The notes: generated from the letters alone by a model not told the origin. A stretch of DNA of 43,196 bases from Clostridium sp. CAG:273 (GCA_000438355.1 FR901477.1:144-43339), one strand, 5' to 3'; shown: positions 26,258 to 35,872, counted from the first letter of the stretch. Numbers and translations: made by a program.

Positions 26258-26791
26258 TTAATAATTTTCTGCGTTTACTTCAAAGAAAGCTTGTGGATGA
26301 TTGCAAACTGGGCAAACCTCTGGAGCTTCTGTTCCTACATGAATATGTCCACAGTTTCTACATTTCCATACAGTTATACTTCCTTTTTTAAATACTTCAC
26401 CATTACCTAAATTGTCTATTAATTTTCTATATCTTTCTTCATGGTGTTTTTCAACTTCTGCTATTCCTCTAAATTTAGCAGCTATTTCAGTAAAGCCTTC
26501 TTCATCTGCAACTTTAGCAAAGTTTTCATACATATCTGTCCATTCATAGTTTTCACCAGCTGCTGCAGAATGTAAATTTTCCATTGTATTTCCAATTCCA
26601 CTTAAATATTTAAAATGAATCTTTGCATGCTCTTTTTCATTTTCTGCAGTTTCTAAAAATATAGCTGCAATTTGTTCATATCCTTCTTTTTTTGCTACAC
26701 TAGCAAAATATGTGTATTTGTTTCTTGCTTCTGACTCTCCTGAAAAAGCTGCTTTTAAATTAGCTTCAGTTCTTGAACCTTTTAATTCCAT
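26258..26791 (-). CDS. rbr: rubrerythrin
   Basis: The ATG at 26791 follows GGAGGA. Di-iron ferritin-like domain (E..EA.NKY...E..H). C-terminal rubredoxin motifs CRNCG...CPVC. The track start at 26830 is an unlikely N-terminal extension. Confidence 0.93.
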   Translation of the reverse strand: MELKGSRTEANLKAAFSGESEARNKYTYFASVAKKEGYEQIAAIFLETAENEKEHAKIHFKYLSGIGNTMENLHSAAAGENYEWTDMYENFAKVADEEGFTEIAAKFRGIAEVEKHHEERYRKLIDNLGNGEVFKKGSITVWKCRNCGHIHVGTEAPEVCPVCNHPQAFFEVNAENY

Positions 26792-26835
26792 GTTAATTCC
26801 TCCTACAATAAATTTGAGAACTATTCTCACTTTGA

Positions 26836-26866
26836 AAATAATATATCATTATTTGTAAAAAGTCAA
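26836..26866 (-). promoter_or_regulatory. rbr promoter with an overlapping Fur/PerR-like inverted repeat
   Basis: The minus strand reads TTGACT (26861-26866), a 17-nt spacer, then TATTAT (26838-26843). The inverted repeat AAATAAT-N5-ATTATTT (26836-26854) covers the spacer and the -10. The half-site ATAATGATA matches the Fur-box core. Confidence 0.45.
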
Positions 26867-26948
26867 TAATTAAATAGGATAAATTGTTTAACTTGTAATT
26901 CATTTATTATATTGTTTTAATAATTTATTTTAGAAATTTTTTACAGCA

Positions 26949-29075
26949 TTAGGTAAGTGAAATTGTTTGAAAAATATTCCAAGTAGCAGTTGTTAATAAG
27001 CATAAGATAATTCCACAAACAGTAGGAATTAAAAATGCAAGTATTGTGTATTTTAAACTGCCAGTTTCTTTTTTTATTGTCATTAAAGTAGTTCCGCATG
27101 GAAAATGCATTAATGACATAATCATTATATTAATTGCTGTAAGTAAAGTCCAACCATTATTTAACAGAATTTGAGAAATATTTTCTAGATTTTCTAGATG
27201 TAGTAATGTTCCTGTTTTAGCATAACTCATTAAGATAATTGGCAGAACAATTTCATTTGCAGGTAGACCAAGTAAAAATGCGGTAATTATATATCCATCT
27301 AAACCTAAAAGTTTTCCAAAAGGGTCAAAAAAGTTAGCGACATATGTTAATATACTTATGTCATTTATTTGAATATTTGCAAATAACCATATTACAAGCC
27401 CCGCTGGAGCTGCTATGGCTATAGCTCTACCCAATACAAGAATAGTTTTATCAAATATTGACCTTACGATAGTTTCAAAAATTTTAGGCTTTCTATAAGG
27501 AGGAAGTTCTAGTGTAAAGGAAAAAGGAATTCCTTTTAATATTGTTTTAGAAAGAATCTTAGACACAAAAAGAGTCATGAATACACCTAACACAATTACA
27601 AATAAGACTACAATTGTAGCTATTATTGATGATGAAAAACCACCAGTAATTCCTCCAAAAAATATAGTAGCTATTGTTATTAAAAATGGAAAACGACCAT
27701 TACAAGGAACAAAACAGTTAGTTAATATAGCAATTAACTTTTCTCTTGGTGAGTCTATTATTTTTGTACCAACAACGCCGGCTGCATTACAGCCAAAACC
27801 CATGCACATAGTAAGAGCCTGCTTTCCAGAAGCACAAGCTTTCTTGAAAAATTTGTCTAAGTTAAAAGCAATTCTAGGTAAATATCCCAAATCTTCTAAA
27901 ATAGTAAATAATGGGAAAAATATAGCCATAGGTGGGAGCATAACTGCAATAACACAGGTTAATGTAGAGTAAATTCCATCTACAAGCAAACTAGTAAGCC
28001 AATTAGGACAATGTATATAGTTAAAAAATATTAATATTTTTTCTTGTATAAAAGCAAAAAATTTAGACAAAAGTTCAGAAGGGTAGTTTGCACCAACAAT
28101 AGTAAGCCAAAATATTAAACCTAAAAATAAAATCATAATAGATATGCCAAATTTTTTTGAAGTTAATATTTTATCTATTTTTCTATCTGTACTATTATAA
28201 TTTTCCTTGTTATGTTTGCAAACTAATTTTGAAAGCATTTCAGCATTAAAGAATATTTCAGTAATAACTTTATCATTAAAATTTTCTTTCGAAATATTAC
28301 TTTTTTCTAATCTAGAATAGGCCTTAATTAAAGCATCTTGTATTAAACTTGATGATAAATCTATGTCTAAATTTTCACTAATAGAAGATAAAATTTTTTT
28401 ATCCCCTTCTATTAATTTTATAGAAATCCATCGAGCTAAATATTTATTTTCATCATTTAACAAATTAGAGACAAGAGGCTCTAAAATATAAATACTTTCC
28501 TCAATAGCGGCACCATAATTTAATTTTGTAGGAGTATTTGTAGTTTTTTTTGTACAGATATTTTCAATTTCTTGAATTAACATTTTTAGAGTTTTTTTAT
28601 TTTTGGCAATTGTACCAACAACAGGAATTCCTAAGCGTTCTGAAAGCAATTTTAGATTTACGTCAATTCCTTTTCTTTTAGCTTCATCAAGTAAATTAAC
28701 GCATAAAATAACATTAGGTGTTATTTCTAAAGCTTGATAAACTAAGTTTAAGTTCCTTTCTAAACATGTAGCATCTACAACAATTAAAAGTGCATTAGAT
28801 TTTCCAAAACATATAAAATTTCGTGCAATTTCCTCTTCTTCAGAGTGTGACATTAAAGAATATGTACCAGGTAAATCTACTAATAAATAATTTTGGTTTT
28901 TGAAAGAACATATACCACTAGCATTTTCAACAGTTTTTCCAGGCCAATTACCTGTATGTTGGTGTAATCCAGTTAAGCCATTAAAAATAGTAGATTTGCC
29001 AACATTAGGATTTCCAGCTAATGCAATTGTGTAATTATGTAAAATGTTCTTTTTTTGGATTAGTTTAGATAACAT
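26949..29075 (-). CDS. feoB: ferrous iron transporter FeoB
   Basis: N-terminal G domain GNPNVGKST and DLPGTYSL, followed by polytopic membrane domains. 708 aa. GGAGGAAC SD. Confidence 0.95.
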   Translation of the reverse strand: MLSKLIQKKNILHNYTIALAGNPNVGKSTIFNGLTGLHQHTGNWPGKTVENASGICSFKNQNYLLVDLPGTYSLMSHSEEEEIARNFICFGKSNALLIVVDATCLERNLNLVYQALEITPNVILCVNLLDEAKRKGIDVNLKLLSERLGIPVVGTIAKNKKTLKMLIQEIENICTKKTTNTPTKLNYGAAIEESIYILEPLVSNLLNDENKYLARWISIKLIEGDKKILSSISENLDIDLSSSLIQDALIKAYSRLEKSNISKENFNDKVITEIFFNAEMLSKLVCKHNKENYNSTDRKIDKILTSKKFGISIMILFLGLIFWLTIVGANYPSELLSKFFAFIQEKILIFFNYIHCPNWLTSLLVDGIYSTLTCVIAVMLPPMAIFFPLFTILEDLGYLPRIAFNLDKFFKKACASGKQALTMCMGFGCNAAGVVGTKIIDSPREKLIAILTNCFVPCNGRFPFLITIATIFFGGITGGFSSSIIATIVVLFVIVLGVFMTLFVSKILSKTILKGIPFSFTLELPPYRKPKIFETIVRSIFDKTILVLGRAIAIAAPAGLVIWLFANIQINDISILTYVANFFDPFGKLLGLDGYIITAFLLGLPANEIVLPIILMSYAKTGTLLHLENLENISQILLNNGWTLLTAINIMIMSLMHFPCGTTLMTIKKETGSLKYTILAFLIPTVCGIILCLLTTATWNIFQTISLT

Positions 29076-29259
29076 AGTTCCTCCTTGTAGTTAAAAGATA
29101 ATTTACTTAAATTACCTAAGATTATTTTTAATATATTTATCTTTCATATATAAAAATGTAGTGGGATATATATTTTATGAATAATCTTAGTTAATGTGCT
29201 TATATAATAAAACGCAAAAAATTAATTTAAAATTGTAATATCATATTAATGAAATATTA

Positions 29260-29499
29260 TTAAATTATAACAATAATATTTTTAGCATCTTCCATTCTAA
29301 TAGCAATAACAGTTCCATGTATTTCATAAGCTGTAAGTTCTCCAGCAGGACTTTTTAAAATTGGAACAATAGTAGAACCTTCTATCAATCCTAAATCTAA
29401 TAATCGTCTTTTTATTGATCCAGAACAGTTTAAGTATTTAATTTTTACAGGAGTATTTAAAGCTATTGTATTTAAAGAAGTTTTCATAAGTTTTACCAT
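29260..29499 (-). CDS. feoA: FeoA family protein
   Basis: 79 aa SH3-like FeoA pattern (IKRRLLDLGLIEGSTI...YEIHGTVIAIRMEDAKNI). Lies upstream of feoB. Confidence 0.85.
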   Translation of the reverse strand: MVKLMKTSLNTIALNTPVKIKYLNCSGSIKRRLLDLGLIEGSTIVPILKSPAGELTAYEIHGTVIAIRMEDAKNIIVII

Positions 29500-29638
29500 T
29501 CCTTTGATTAAATTTGCTATTATATTTTATGTAGAATATAAAAAAATGTGAAAAGGGTGAAAAAGTATAAAAAACTAATGACTTTTTAAATTTGTTATAA
29601 TATAATAAAGAAAATTAGAATAAGAAAGGAAGAAAATA

Positions 29639-30100
29639 ATGGAAAAAGTAAGAGGATTTGAAATAGCAAAAGGATTTGAAGATAAAAATATTAATTTGCC
29701 AGAAAGAAAAACAAAATATTCTGCAGCATATGATTTAGAAGCAGCAGAAGATACTGTTATACCAGCATTTAAAATGGGAATGAAACCAACTTTAATAAAA
29801 ACAGGCTTAAAAGCTTATATGATGCCAGACGAAGTATTAATAATAGTACCAAGAAGTTCTGGACCAAAAAAACAAGGAATTTTATTTCCTCATAGCATGG
29901 GAGTTATAGATAAAGATTATTATGGTAATGAAGATAATGATGGACATATATTTGTTCAATGTATTAATATTAAAGACGAAGATGTTATAATAAAAAAAGG
30001 AGAAGCAGTAGCACAAGCCATTTTCCAAAAATATTTAATGATAGATGGAGACAATGCAGAAGGAATAAGAAAAGGAGGATTTGGTTCAACAAGTAAATAA
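29639..30100 (+). CDS. dut: dUTP diphosphatase (trimeric dUTPase family)
   Basis: AAYDL, PRSSGPKKQG, GVIDKDYYG and a C-terminal RKGGFGST motif. Confidence 0.88.
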   Translation: MEKVRGFEIAKGFEDKNINLPERKTKYSAAYDLEAAEDTVIPAFKMGMKPTLIKTGLKAYMMPDEVLIIVPRSSGPKKQGILFPHSMGVIDKDYYGNEDNDGHIFVQCINIKDEDVIIKKGEAVAQAIFQKYLMIDGDNAEGIRKGGFGSTSK

Positions 30101-30250
30101 AAATTTAACACAATTATCAATTATATATAGATAAATTATAAAGACAAACTATAATTAGAAAAGTATAAATTATGGTAAATTGTAAAAGTAAAATATAGTT
30201 TGTAAAACTAAAATAAATTGTAAGATTAATACAAGAAAAAGTAAAAATAG

Positions 30251-30281
30251 ATGGTAAAAGTTTTGACTTTTGCCATTTTTT
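30251..30281 (+). terminator. intrinsic terminator downstream of dut, overlapping the carD -35
   Basis: ATGGTAAAAGT-tttg-ACTTTTGCCAT (one G-U pair) followed by TTTTT. Confidence 0.65.
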
Positions 30282-30291
30282 ATAGTATAAT
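30263..30291 (+). promoter_or_regulatory. sigma-A-type promoter for carD
   Basis: TTGACT (30263-30268), a 17-nt spacer, then TATAAT (30286-30291). Confidence 0.65.
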
Positions 30292-30372
30292 AGAAGTGTA
30301 GTTGAAAAGAAAGAATAACCTTCCTAACTCAACAAAATATTATGAAAAACGTTGAAAGGAGCTGATACTTAC

Positions 30373-30951
30373 ATGTTTAATGTAGGAGATAAAATTGTAT
30401 ATCCAATGCATGGAGCTGGAACAATAGATGCAATAGAAAATAAAAACATATTAGGAGAGGAGCAATCGTATTACGTAATAAAAATGCCTGGTGAAGTTAA
30501 GGTAATGGTTCCAACAGAAAAAGCAGAACAAATTGGAGTTAGAAGTGTTATAAATAAAGAAGAGGCAAGTAAAGTTATAGCAGTTTTAGAACATAACGAA
30601 ACAGAAATGTCTCAAAATTGGAATAAAAGATATAGAGACAATATGGATAAAATGAAAAGTGGAGATGTATATGAAGTTGCAGACGTAGTAAGAAATCTCG
30701 CTTTTAAGCAAAAAGAAAAAGGTAGCTTATCTACAGGAGAAAAGAAAATGTTCTCAAATGCTAAACAAATTTTAATTAGTGAGTTAGTTTTAGCAGAACA
30801 TGCTTCAGCAGAAGAAGTAGAGCAATTAATAGACAATAAAATAAATGTATCTTTCGACGAATATAAATTACCTCATGAAGAAACAAACTTAAATAATAAT
30901 GTTGTAAATAAATTTATTCCATTTAACAATGACGGAACAACAAATGTATAA
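30373..30951 (+). CDS. carD: CarD/CdnL-family transcriptional regulator (RNA polymerase-binding) with a C-terminal tail of about 30 aa
   Basis: The ATG at 30373 follows AAAGGAG. MFNVGDKIVYPMHGAGTIDAIE...YYVIKMP...VMVP. The later RYRDNMDKMKSGD...VADVVRNL is typical of CarD. Confidence 0.88.
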   Translation: MFNVGDKIVYPMHGAGTIDAIENKNILGEEQSYYVIKMPGEVKVMVPTEKAEQIGVRSVINKEEASKVIAVLEHNETEMSQNWNKRYRDNMDKMKSGDVYEVADVVRNLAFKQKEKGSLSTGEKKMFSNAKQILISELVLAEHASAEEVEQLIDNKINVSFDEYKLPHEETNLNNNVVNKFIPFNNDGTTNV

Positions 30952-31133
30952 AATATATTACAAAAATGCACCACGTTTAGTAACCATAGTAAATATTATG
31001 GCAATCTTAACGGAGGTGCTTTTTAATGTAATATTTTGTAAAATATCAATTCTTTTATGTAAATTAAATTGCATAGAAGGATTTAATTATTTTATGTCGA
31101 ATAATATTAATATATGAAGAAAGGTAAATAAAA

Positions 31134-32912
31134 TTGTTTAGATATAGTGATGAAGTTATAGAAGAAGTTAAAAGTAGTAATGATATAGTAGATGTAATTT
31201 CTCAGTATGTGACTTTAAAAAGAAGTGGAAGAAACTTTTTTGGGTTATGTCCATTTCATAAAGAAAAGTCACCTTCTTTTTCTGTTTCTCCAGACAAACA
31301 AATATTTCATTGTTTTGGTTGTGGAGTAGGAGGAAATGTTATACATTTTGTAAGCAAAATAGAGAATATATCTTTTATGGAAACAATGGAAATGCTTGCA
31401 AATAGAGCAGGTATTACACTTCCTACATTAAATAATAACGAAGACGACAAAACTTTACATTTAAAATCAAGAGTTTATGAAATAAATGCAGCAGTTGCAG
31501 AATTTTATCACGAAAATTTGTATAAACCAACATCTAAGTTAGCTCAAGAATATGTAAAGAAAAGACGTTTAGATAATAAAACTTTAAAGGCATTTTCCAT
31601 AGGGTATTCTGGAAATTATGATGACACATATAAATTTTTAAAAGATAAAGGCTTTACAGATGAGGAAATTTTGGCATCATGTTTAGTTTCAAGAGGAAAA
31701 AATGGAGGATTTATAGATAAATTTAGAAATAGATTAATGTTTCCAATTAAAGATGTTAGAGATAGAGTAATTGCATTTGGAGGAAGAGTTTTAGACGATA
31801 GCAAACCTAAATATATAAATTCACCAGAGAATATTGTCTATAGTAAAGGAAGGCACTTGTTTGGATTAAATGTTGCAAAAAAGAGTGACTGTAAAAAAAT
31901 TTTAATAGTAGAAGGATATATGGATACAATTTCTTTATATCAAAGAGGCATTACTAATGTAGTAGCATCACTTGGAACAGCACTTACAGAAGCACAAGGA
32001 AGGCTTTTAAGAAGGAGCTGTGAGCAAGTAATACTTGGATATGATGCAGATGGTGCTGGACAAGCTGCTATTATAAGAGGAATGGATATTTTACAAGATT
32101 TAGGTTGTGACATTAGAGTTTTACAAATACAAGGTGCAAAAGATCCAGATGAATTTGTAGTAAAATATGGTCCAGATAAATTTAAATATTATATGGATAG
32201 AGCAATATCTTTAGTAGAATTTAAAGTTAAAGTTTTAAAAAAAGAATTAGATATAGAAAATGTTAATGATAAAATAAAATTTTTGAATCAAATAGCTAAA
32301 TTACTTTCAAAAATAAATAATAGTGTTGAAAGAGAAATTTACATAGATAAAATATCAAAAGATTATGAAATTTCAAAAGAAGCAATACAAGCAGAAATAA
32401 ATAAATTAATATATTCTAATAATGTTGGAGCAAAAGTTTTACAAAGGCCAGCTAAAACCAAGATTGTGGAAGAAACTGTGCAAAAAGTGGATGAAGCAAC
32501 TATAAAAAGAGAAAATATGGTAATTTATCTTTTAATAAATTATCCAGAAAATAGTTATAATAAGTTAAAAAGTATATCAATAGATAATTTTAAAAACGAA
32601 ATAAACAAAAATATTATAAAAAAATTGTATGAGCACTTAGAAAAAGGTAATATTAATACTAATGATGTTATGAATTGGTTTGAAGACTCTAAAATAATTA
32701 ACCATTTATCAGAGATAATGTCATATGATTTTGAAATTTCGGATGTAGATAAAGCTATAGATGATGTTATTGCTATTTATAAAAAAGAAAGTTTAGTAAA
32801 TAGAAGAAATAGTATTTTAAAGGAATTAGAAAATGTGAATACATCAGAAGAGGGAAAATTGCTTGAAAAAGAGTTAAATAATGTTATTATACAACTGGCG
32901 AAAATGAAATAG
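31134..32912 (+). CDS. dnaG: DNA primase
   Basis: TTG start. Zinc-ribbon [41 protein letters not shown]...GYDADGAG. Confidence 0.95.
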   Translation: MFRYSDEVIEEVKSSNDIVDVISQYVTLKRSGRNFFGLCPFHKEKSPSFSVSPDKQIFHCFGCGVGGNVIHFVSKIENISFMETMEMLANRAGITLPTLNNNEDDKTLHLKSRVYEINAAVAEFYHENLYKPTSKLAQEYVKKRRLDNKTLKAFSIGYSGNYDDTYKFLKDKGFTDEEILASCLVSRGKNGGFIDKFRNRLMFPIKDVRDRVIAFGGRVLDDSKPKYINSPENIVYSKGRHLFGLNVAKKSDCKKILIVEGYMDTISLYQRGITNVVASLGTALTEAQGRLLRRSCEQVILGYDADGAGQAAIIRGMDILQDLGCDIRVLQIQGAKDPDEFVVKYGPDKFKYYMDRAISLVEFKVKVLKKELDIENVNDKIKFLNQIAKLLSKINNSVEREIYIDKISKDYEISKEAIQAEINKLIYSNNVGAKVLQRPAKTKIVEETVQKVDEATIKRENMVIYLLINYPENSYNKLKSISIDNFKNEINKNIIKKLYEHLEKGNINTNDVMNWFEDSKIINHLSEIMSYDFEISDVDKAIDDVIAIYKKESLVNRRNSILKELENVNTSEEGKLLEKELNNVIIQLAKMK

Positions 32913-32922
32913 GAGGTATAAT

Positions 32923-34194
32923 ATGGAGAAGAAAGAAAATAAAGTAGAAGAAGTTGTAAAAAGTGAAGAAGAAATTATAAAAAAAGATAAAAAGAAAAAA
33001 GATATTGCTAAAAAGGAAGATAATGTAATGGAAAAAGAAAATAATAAAAAGGAAGTTGCTTTAGATAGCAATAAAAAATCAAACTTAGAGAGTAAAAATA
33101 ATAATATCAAAAAAGAAGAACAAGAAAAGGTAATGAATATAATAAAAAGGGCAAAAGAAAATGGTAAAATTACTTATGGAGAACTTGCAAACGAATTACA
33201 AGATACAAATCCAGAGCAACTTGATAAGATTTTCGATACTTTTGAAGATTTAGGTGTAGATATAAAAGATAGTGATGACTTAGATATAGAGCCAGACATT
33301 GATGATTTAGAAGAAATGGAAAATATAAAGGTAGAAGATGTAGATCTTACCAATATGGATGGGGTTAGTATAGATGACCCTGTAAGAATGTATTTAAGAG
33401 AAATAGGAAAAATTCCTTTATTAACATATGACGAGGAACTAGATTTAGCTAAGAAAATATTAACAGGTGACGAAGAAGCGAAGCAAAAACTTGCAGAATC
33501 AAATTTAAGATTAGTTGTAAGTATTGCTAAAAAATATGTTGGAAGAGGAATGCTTTTCTTAGATTTAATACAAGAAGGAAATATGGGATTAATAAAAGCA
33601 GTAGAAAAGTTTGATTATACTAAAGGATATAAATTTAGCACATATGCAACTTGGTGGATAAGACAAGCCATAACAAGAGCTATAGCAGATCAAGCAAGAA
33701 CTATAAGAATTCCAGTTCATATGGTAGAAACAATAAATAAATTAATAAGAACATCAAGACATTTATTACAAAAAAATGGTCGTGAACCTACTCCAGAAGA
33801 GATTGCAGAAGAGATGGAAATTCCAGTAGAAAAAGTAATGGAAATACAAAAAATAGCACAAGATCCTGTATCTTTAGAAACACCTATAGGAGAGGAAGAT
33901 GACAGCCACTTAGGGGACTTTATTCAAGATGATGACAGTCCAGCACCACAAGACTCAGCGGCATATACTATGCTTAAAGAACAATTAAACGATGTTATGG
34001 GAACATTAACATCTAGAGAAGCAAAAGTATTAAGATTAAGATTTGGGTTAGAAGATGGAAAAGCAAGAACCCTTGAAGAAGTAGGAAAAGAATTTAATGT
34101 AACTCGTGAAAGAATAAGACAAATAGAAGCAAAGGCATTAAGAAAGTTAAGACATCCAAGTAGAAGTAAAAAGTTAAGAGATTATATGAACTAA
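32923..34194 (+). CDS. rpoD: primary RNA polymerase sigma factor (SigA/RpoD) with a Lys/Glu-rich N-terminal extension
   Basis: AGGAGG SD. Region 2 is [41 protein letters not shown]. Region 4 is [30 protein letters not shown]. Confidence 0.96.
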   Translation: MEKKENKVEEVVKSEEEIIKKDKKKKDIAKKEDNVMEKENNKKEVALDSNKKSNLESKNNNIKKEEQEKVMNIIKRAKENGKITYGELANELQDTNPEQLDKIFDTFEDLGVDIKDSDDLDIEPDIDDLEEMENIKVEDVDLTNMDGVSIDDPVRMYLREIGKIPLLTYDEELDLAKKILTGDEEAKQKLAESNLRLVVSIAKKYVGRGMLFLDLIQEGNMGLIKAVEKFDYTKGYKFSTYATWWIRQAITRAIADQARTIRIPVHMVETINKLIRTSRHLLQKNGREPTPEEIAEEMEIPVEKVMEIQKIAQDPVSLETPIGEEDDSHLGDFIQDDDSPAPQDSAAYTMLKEQLNDVMGTLTSREAKVLRLRFGLEDGKARTLEEVGKEFNVTRERIRQIEAKALRKLRHPSRSKKLRDYMN

Positions 34195-34385
34195 AAAGTT
34201 ATGAATAGAGTCATATTTTACTAATTTACAAATAGGGTACAGATTAAATCAAAATCTTATTAAATATAGAAAAATAGCAAAAACTGGGAAATGCTGTATT
34301 GACAAATACTCCATGTTATGTTAAACTAAATATAGTGTTTTAATATGAAGGGAAGGTATATAACTTTTTAGTTATAGAAAAAAAT

Positions 34386-34772
34386 ATGAGTATTTTAGAA
34401 AAAATAAAAAATGGATTTAATAGGTTTTGGAATGAAGACTTAGGACCAGACATAGATGATGAAAATGAAAATGATTTCCCAGAAGATGTAAAAGATGAGC
34501 TTATGACTTCAAAAAATGGACGTGTATCAGACTTAGAAAAAGCTCAAGAACAATTATGGGAAGAAAAACCAACAAAGCGTTCTCAACTTGCAGAAAAATT
34601 AGCAGTACATGAAGATGGTTCTATTAAAGGAAATACAATAAAAGGACAAACAATTAATACAGAAAAAACAGTAAAAGAGCAAGAAAATAATATAAAGAAA
34701 CAAAATGCTGCTACTGAAACTACTAGAGGGAGAAAACCTAAACAAGTTGACGATAGTGAAATAATACATTAA
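34386..34772 (+). CDS. hypothetical acidic/basic, probably disordered protein
   Basis: 128-aa ORF in the local codon style. There is no convincing SD. A possible promoter, TTGACA-17-TAAACT, lies about 80 nt upstream. No recognisable motif. Confidence 0.45.
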   Translation: MSILEKIKNGFNRFWNEDLGPDIDDENENDFPEDVKDELMTSKNGRVSDLEKAQEQLWEEKPTKRSQLAEKLAVHEDGSIKGNTIKGQTINTEKTVKEQENNIKKQNAATETTRGRKPKQVDDSEIIH

Positions 34773-34899
34773 ATAGAATTATATTAATAAAATATAATAA
34801 GTACAAAAATTAATAAGATTAAAATTAAAATAAATTGGATTAATTGAAAAATTAAATGCAATTTTTAAAAATAATTTGTCAAGAAATTTTTAAATTTTC

Positions 34900-34928
34900 T
34901 TGACAAATTATAATTATGAAAGTATAAT
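34900..34928 (+). promoter_or_regulatory. consensus sigma-A promoter for tRNA-Met
   Basis: TTGACA (34900-34905), a 17-nt spacer, then TATAAT (34923-34928). The tRNA starts about 17 nt downstream. Confidence 0.75.
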
Positions 34929-34944
34929 ATTACTTACGTGATAT

Positions 34945-35021
34945 GGCGACGTAGCTCAGTTGGCTAGAGCATTCGGTTCATACCCGAAGGGTCATGTGTT
35001 CGAATCACATCGTCGCTACCA
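34945..35021 (+). tRNA. tRNA with CAT anticodon, most likely elongator tRNA-Met; Ile2-lysidine type not excluded
   Basis: The hand-folded cloverleaf is as follows. Acceptor GGCGACG/CGTCGCT. D arm GCTC-AGTTGGCTA-GAGC. Anticodon arm TTCGG-TTCATAC-CCGAA. T arm ATGTG-TTCGAAT-CACAT. Encoded ACCA tail. It lacks the initiator hallmarks (no three-GC anticodon stem, 1-72 is paired). Confidence 0.88.
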
Positions 35022-35040
35022 AAGTTTTAGAAAATGGCTA

Positions 35041-35082
35041 AAAATAAGGTGTTTCAAAGCTTTTGAAACACCTTATTTTTTC
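35041..35082 (+). terminator. intrinsic terminator after tRNA-Met
   Basis: 16-bp perfect stem AATAAGGTGTTTCAAA / TTTGAAACACCTTATT followed by TTTTTT. Confidence 0.85.
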
Positions 35083-35114
35083 TATTCCCGACTCAGTTTA
35101 AGATAGAGTTCAAT

Positions 35115-35388
35115 TTAAAATAAATCAGAATGAGTACCAGTTCTTGATACTGTTAAAGTTAATTCATTATTTTCAACTTTATAAATTAAGAGCCAATCAG
35201 GTTGTATATGACACTCTCGAAAATCGTTTATAATTTCCAGTAAGATAGTGCTCTTTATATTTTGGAGAAAGAGGCTTCTCTGCTGCAATTAATTGAATAG
35301 TTTGTTTCAAAAAATCAATATTATAGCCTCTTTTTTTTATTAATTTATAGTCTTTCTTAAATTGATTAGAATATTTTACTTTTAGCAC
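35115..35388 (-). pseudogene. yafQ: YafQ/RelE-family mRNA-interferase toxin gene disrupted by a +1 frameshift
   Basis: The GTG start overlaps the antitoxin stop (TAGTG). Frame 1 gives MLKVKYSNQFKKDYKLIKKRGYNIDFLKQTIQLIAAEKPLSPKYKEHYLTGNYKRF, then goes out of frame (SRVSYTT*). Removing one T from the TTTT run (plus-strand AAAA 35220-35223) restores ...YKRFRECHIQPDWLLIYKVENNELTLTVSRTGTHSDLF*. That restored sequence parallels E. coli YafQ ...WKGYRDAHVEPDWILIYK...RTGTHAALF. Confidence 0.8.
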
Positions 35389-35657
35389 TATTTATCCAAC
35401 TCCTCAAACATTTCATCCACACTATCAAAAGTTTTACTTAGATTTTTTCCGTTTTTAACGTCCTCCATTGCTTGAATAGTTTCTTTATTATATTTTGGCT
35501 TTTCAATTTTAAAGGGAATACCATTGTGTAAAATGACTTGATTTAAAAATACATTAACTGCTTCTGTAATAGATAAACCTAAATCATTTAAAGTTTGCTC
35601 TGCTCTTGCTTTTACAGATGGTTCAATTCTTATATGCAAAGTATCAGTTTTAGCCAT
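35388..35657 (-). CDS. RelB/DinJ-family antitoxin
   Basis: The ATG at 35657 follows GGAGGTG. MAKTDTLHIRIEPSVKARAEQTLNDLGLSITEAVNVFLNQVILHNGIPF is the classic DinJ ribbon-helix-helix N-terminus. The track start at 35672 overlaps the SD. Confidence 0.85.
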   Translation of the reverse strand: MAKTDTLHIRIEPSVKARAEQTLNDLGLSITEAVNVFLNQVILHNGIPFKIEKPKYNKETIQAMEDVKNGKNLSKTFDSVDEMFEELDK

Positions 35658-35687
35658 TTTAATCACCTCCATAGGATTATTATATTC

Positions 35688-35716
35688 ATTGTATCACGAT
35701 TTATACACAAAAGCAA
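35688..35716 (-). promoter_or_regulatory. likely promoter of the antitoxin-toxin operon
   Basis: The minus strand reads TTGCTT (35711-35716), a 17-nt spacer, then TACAAT (35688-35693), about 30 nt upstream of the antitoxin start. Confidence 0.5.
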
Positions 35717-35746
35717 TACAAAATATTTTTTTATAATTTATTTTGC

Positions 35747-35872
35747 TTGGAACTGTCGATAAGAGATGGAGATGAACTAGAAAAATATAATGTAAAAAGG
35801 TTGAAGATGTTGATTGAAGAAATCAAATTAGATGAAGAAATGTCCAAAGAAGATAATGATTTGTACGATTGA
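35747..35872 (+). other. start-less open frame ending in an acidic tail; possible 3' remnant of a lost gene, or a 21-aa micro-ORF from the ATG at 35807
   Basis: The frame reads ...LELSIRDGDELEKYNVKRLKMLIEEIKLDEEMSKEDNDLYD*. It has no credible full-length start. A strong terminator follows immediately. Confidence 0.3.

Noticed and set aside
30929-31117. 62-aa ORF between carD and dnaG
   Set aside because: It overlaps the carD 3' end and has no SD. Its composition is hydrophobic and odd. The region is better explained as the carD terminator (GCACC...GGTGC plus TTTTT around 30966-31025) and the dnaG upstream region.
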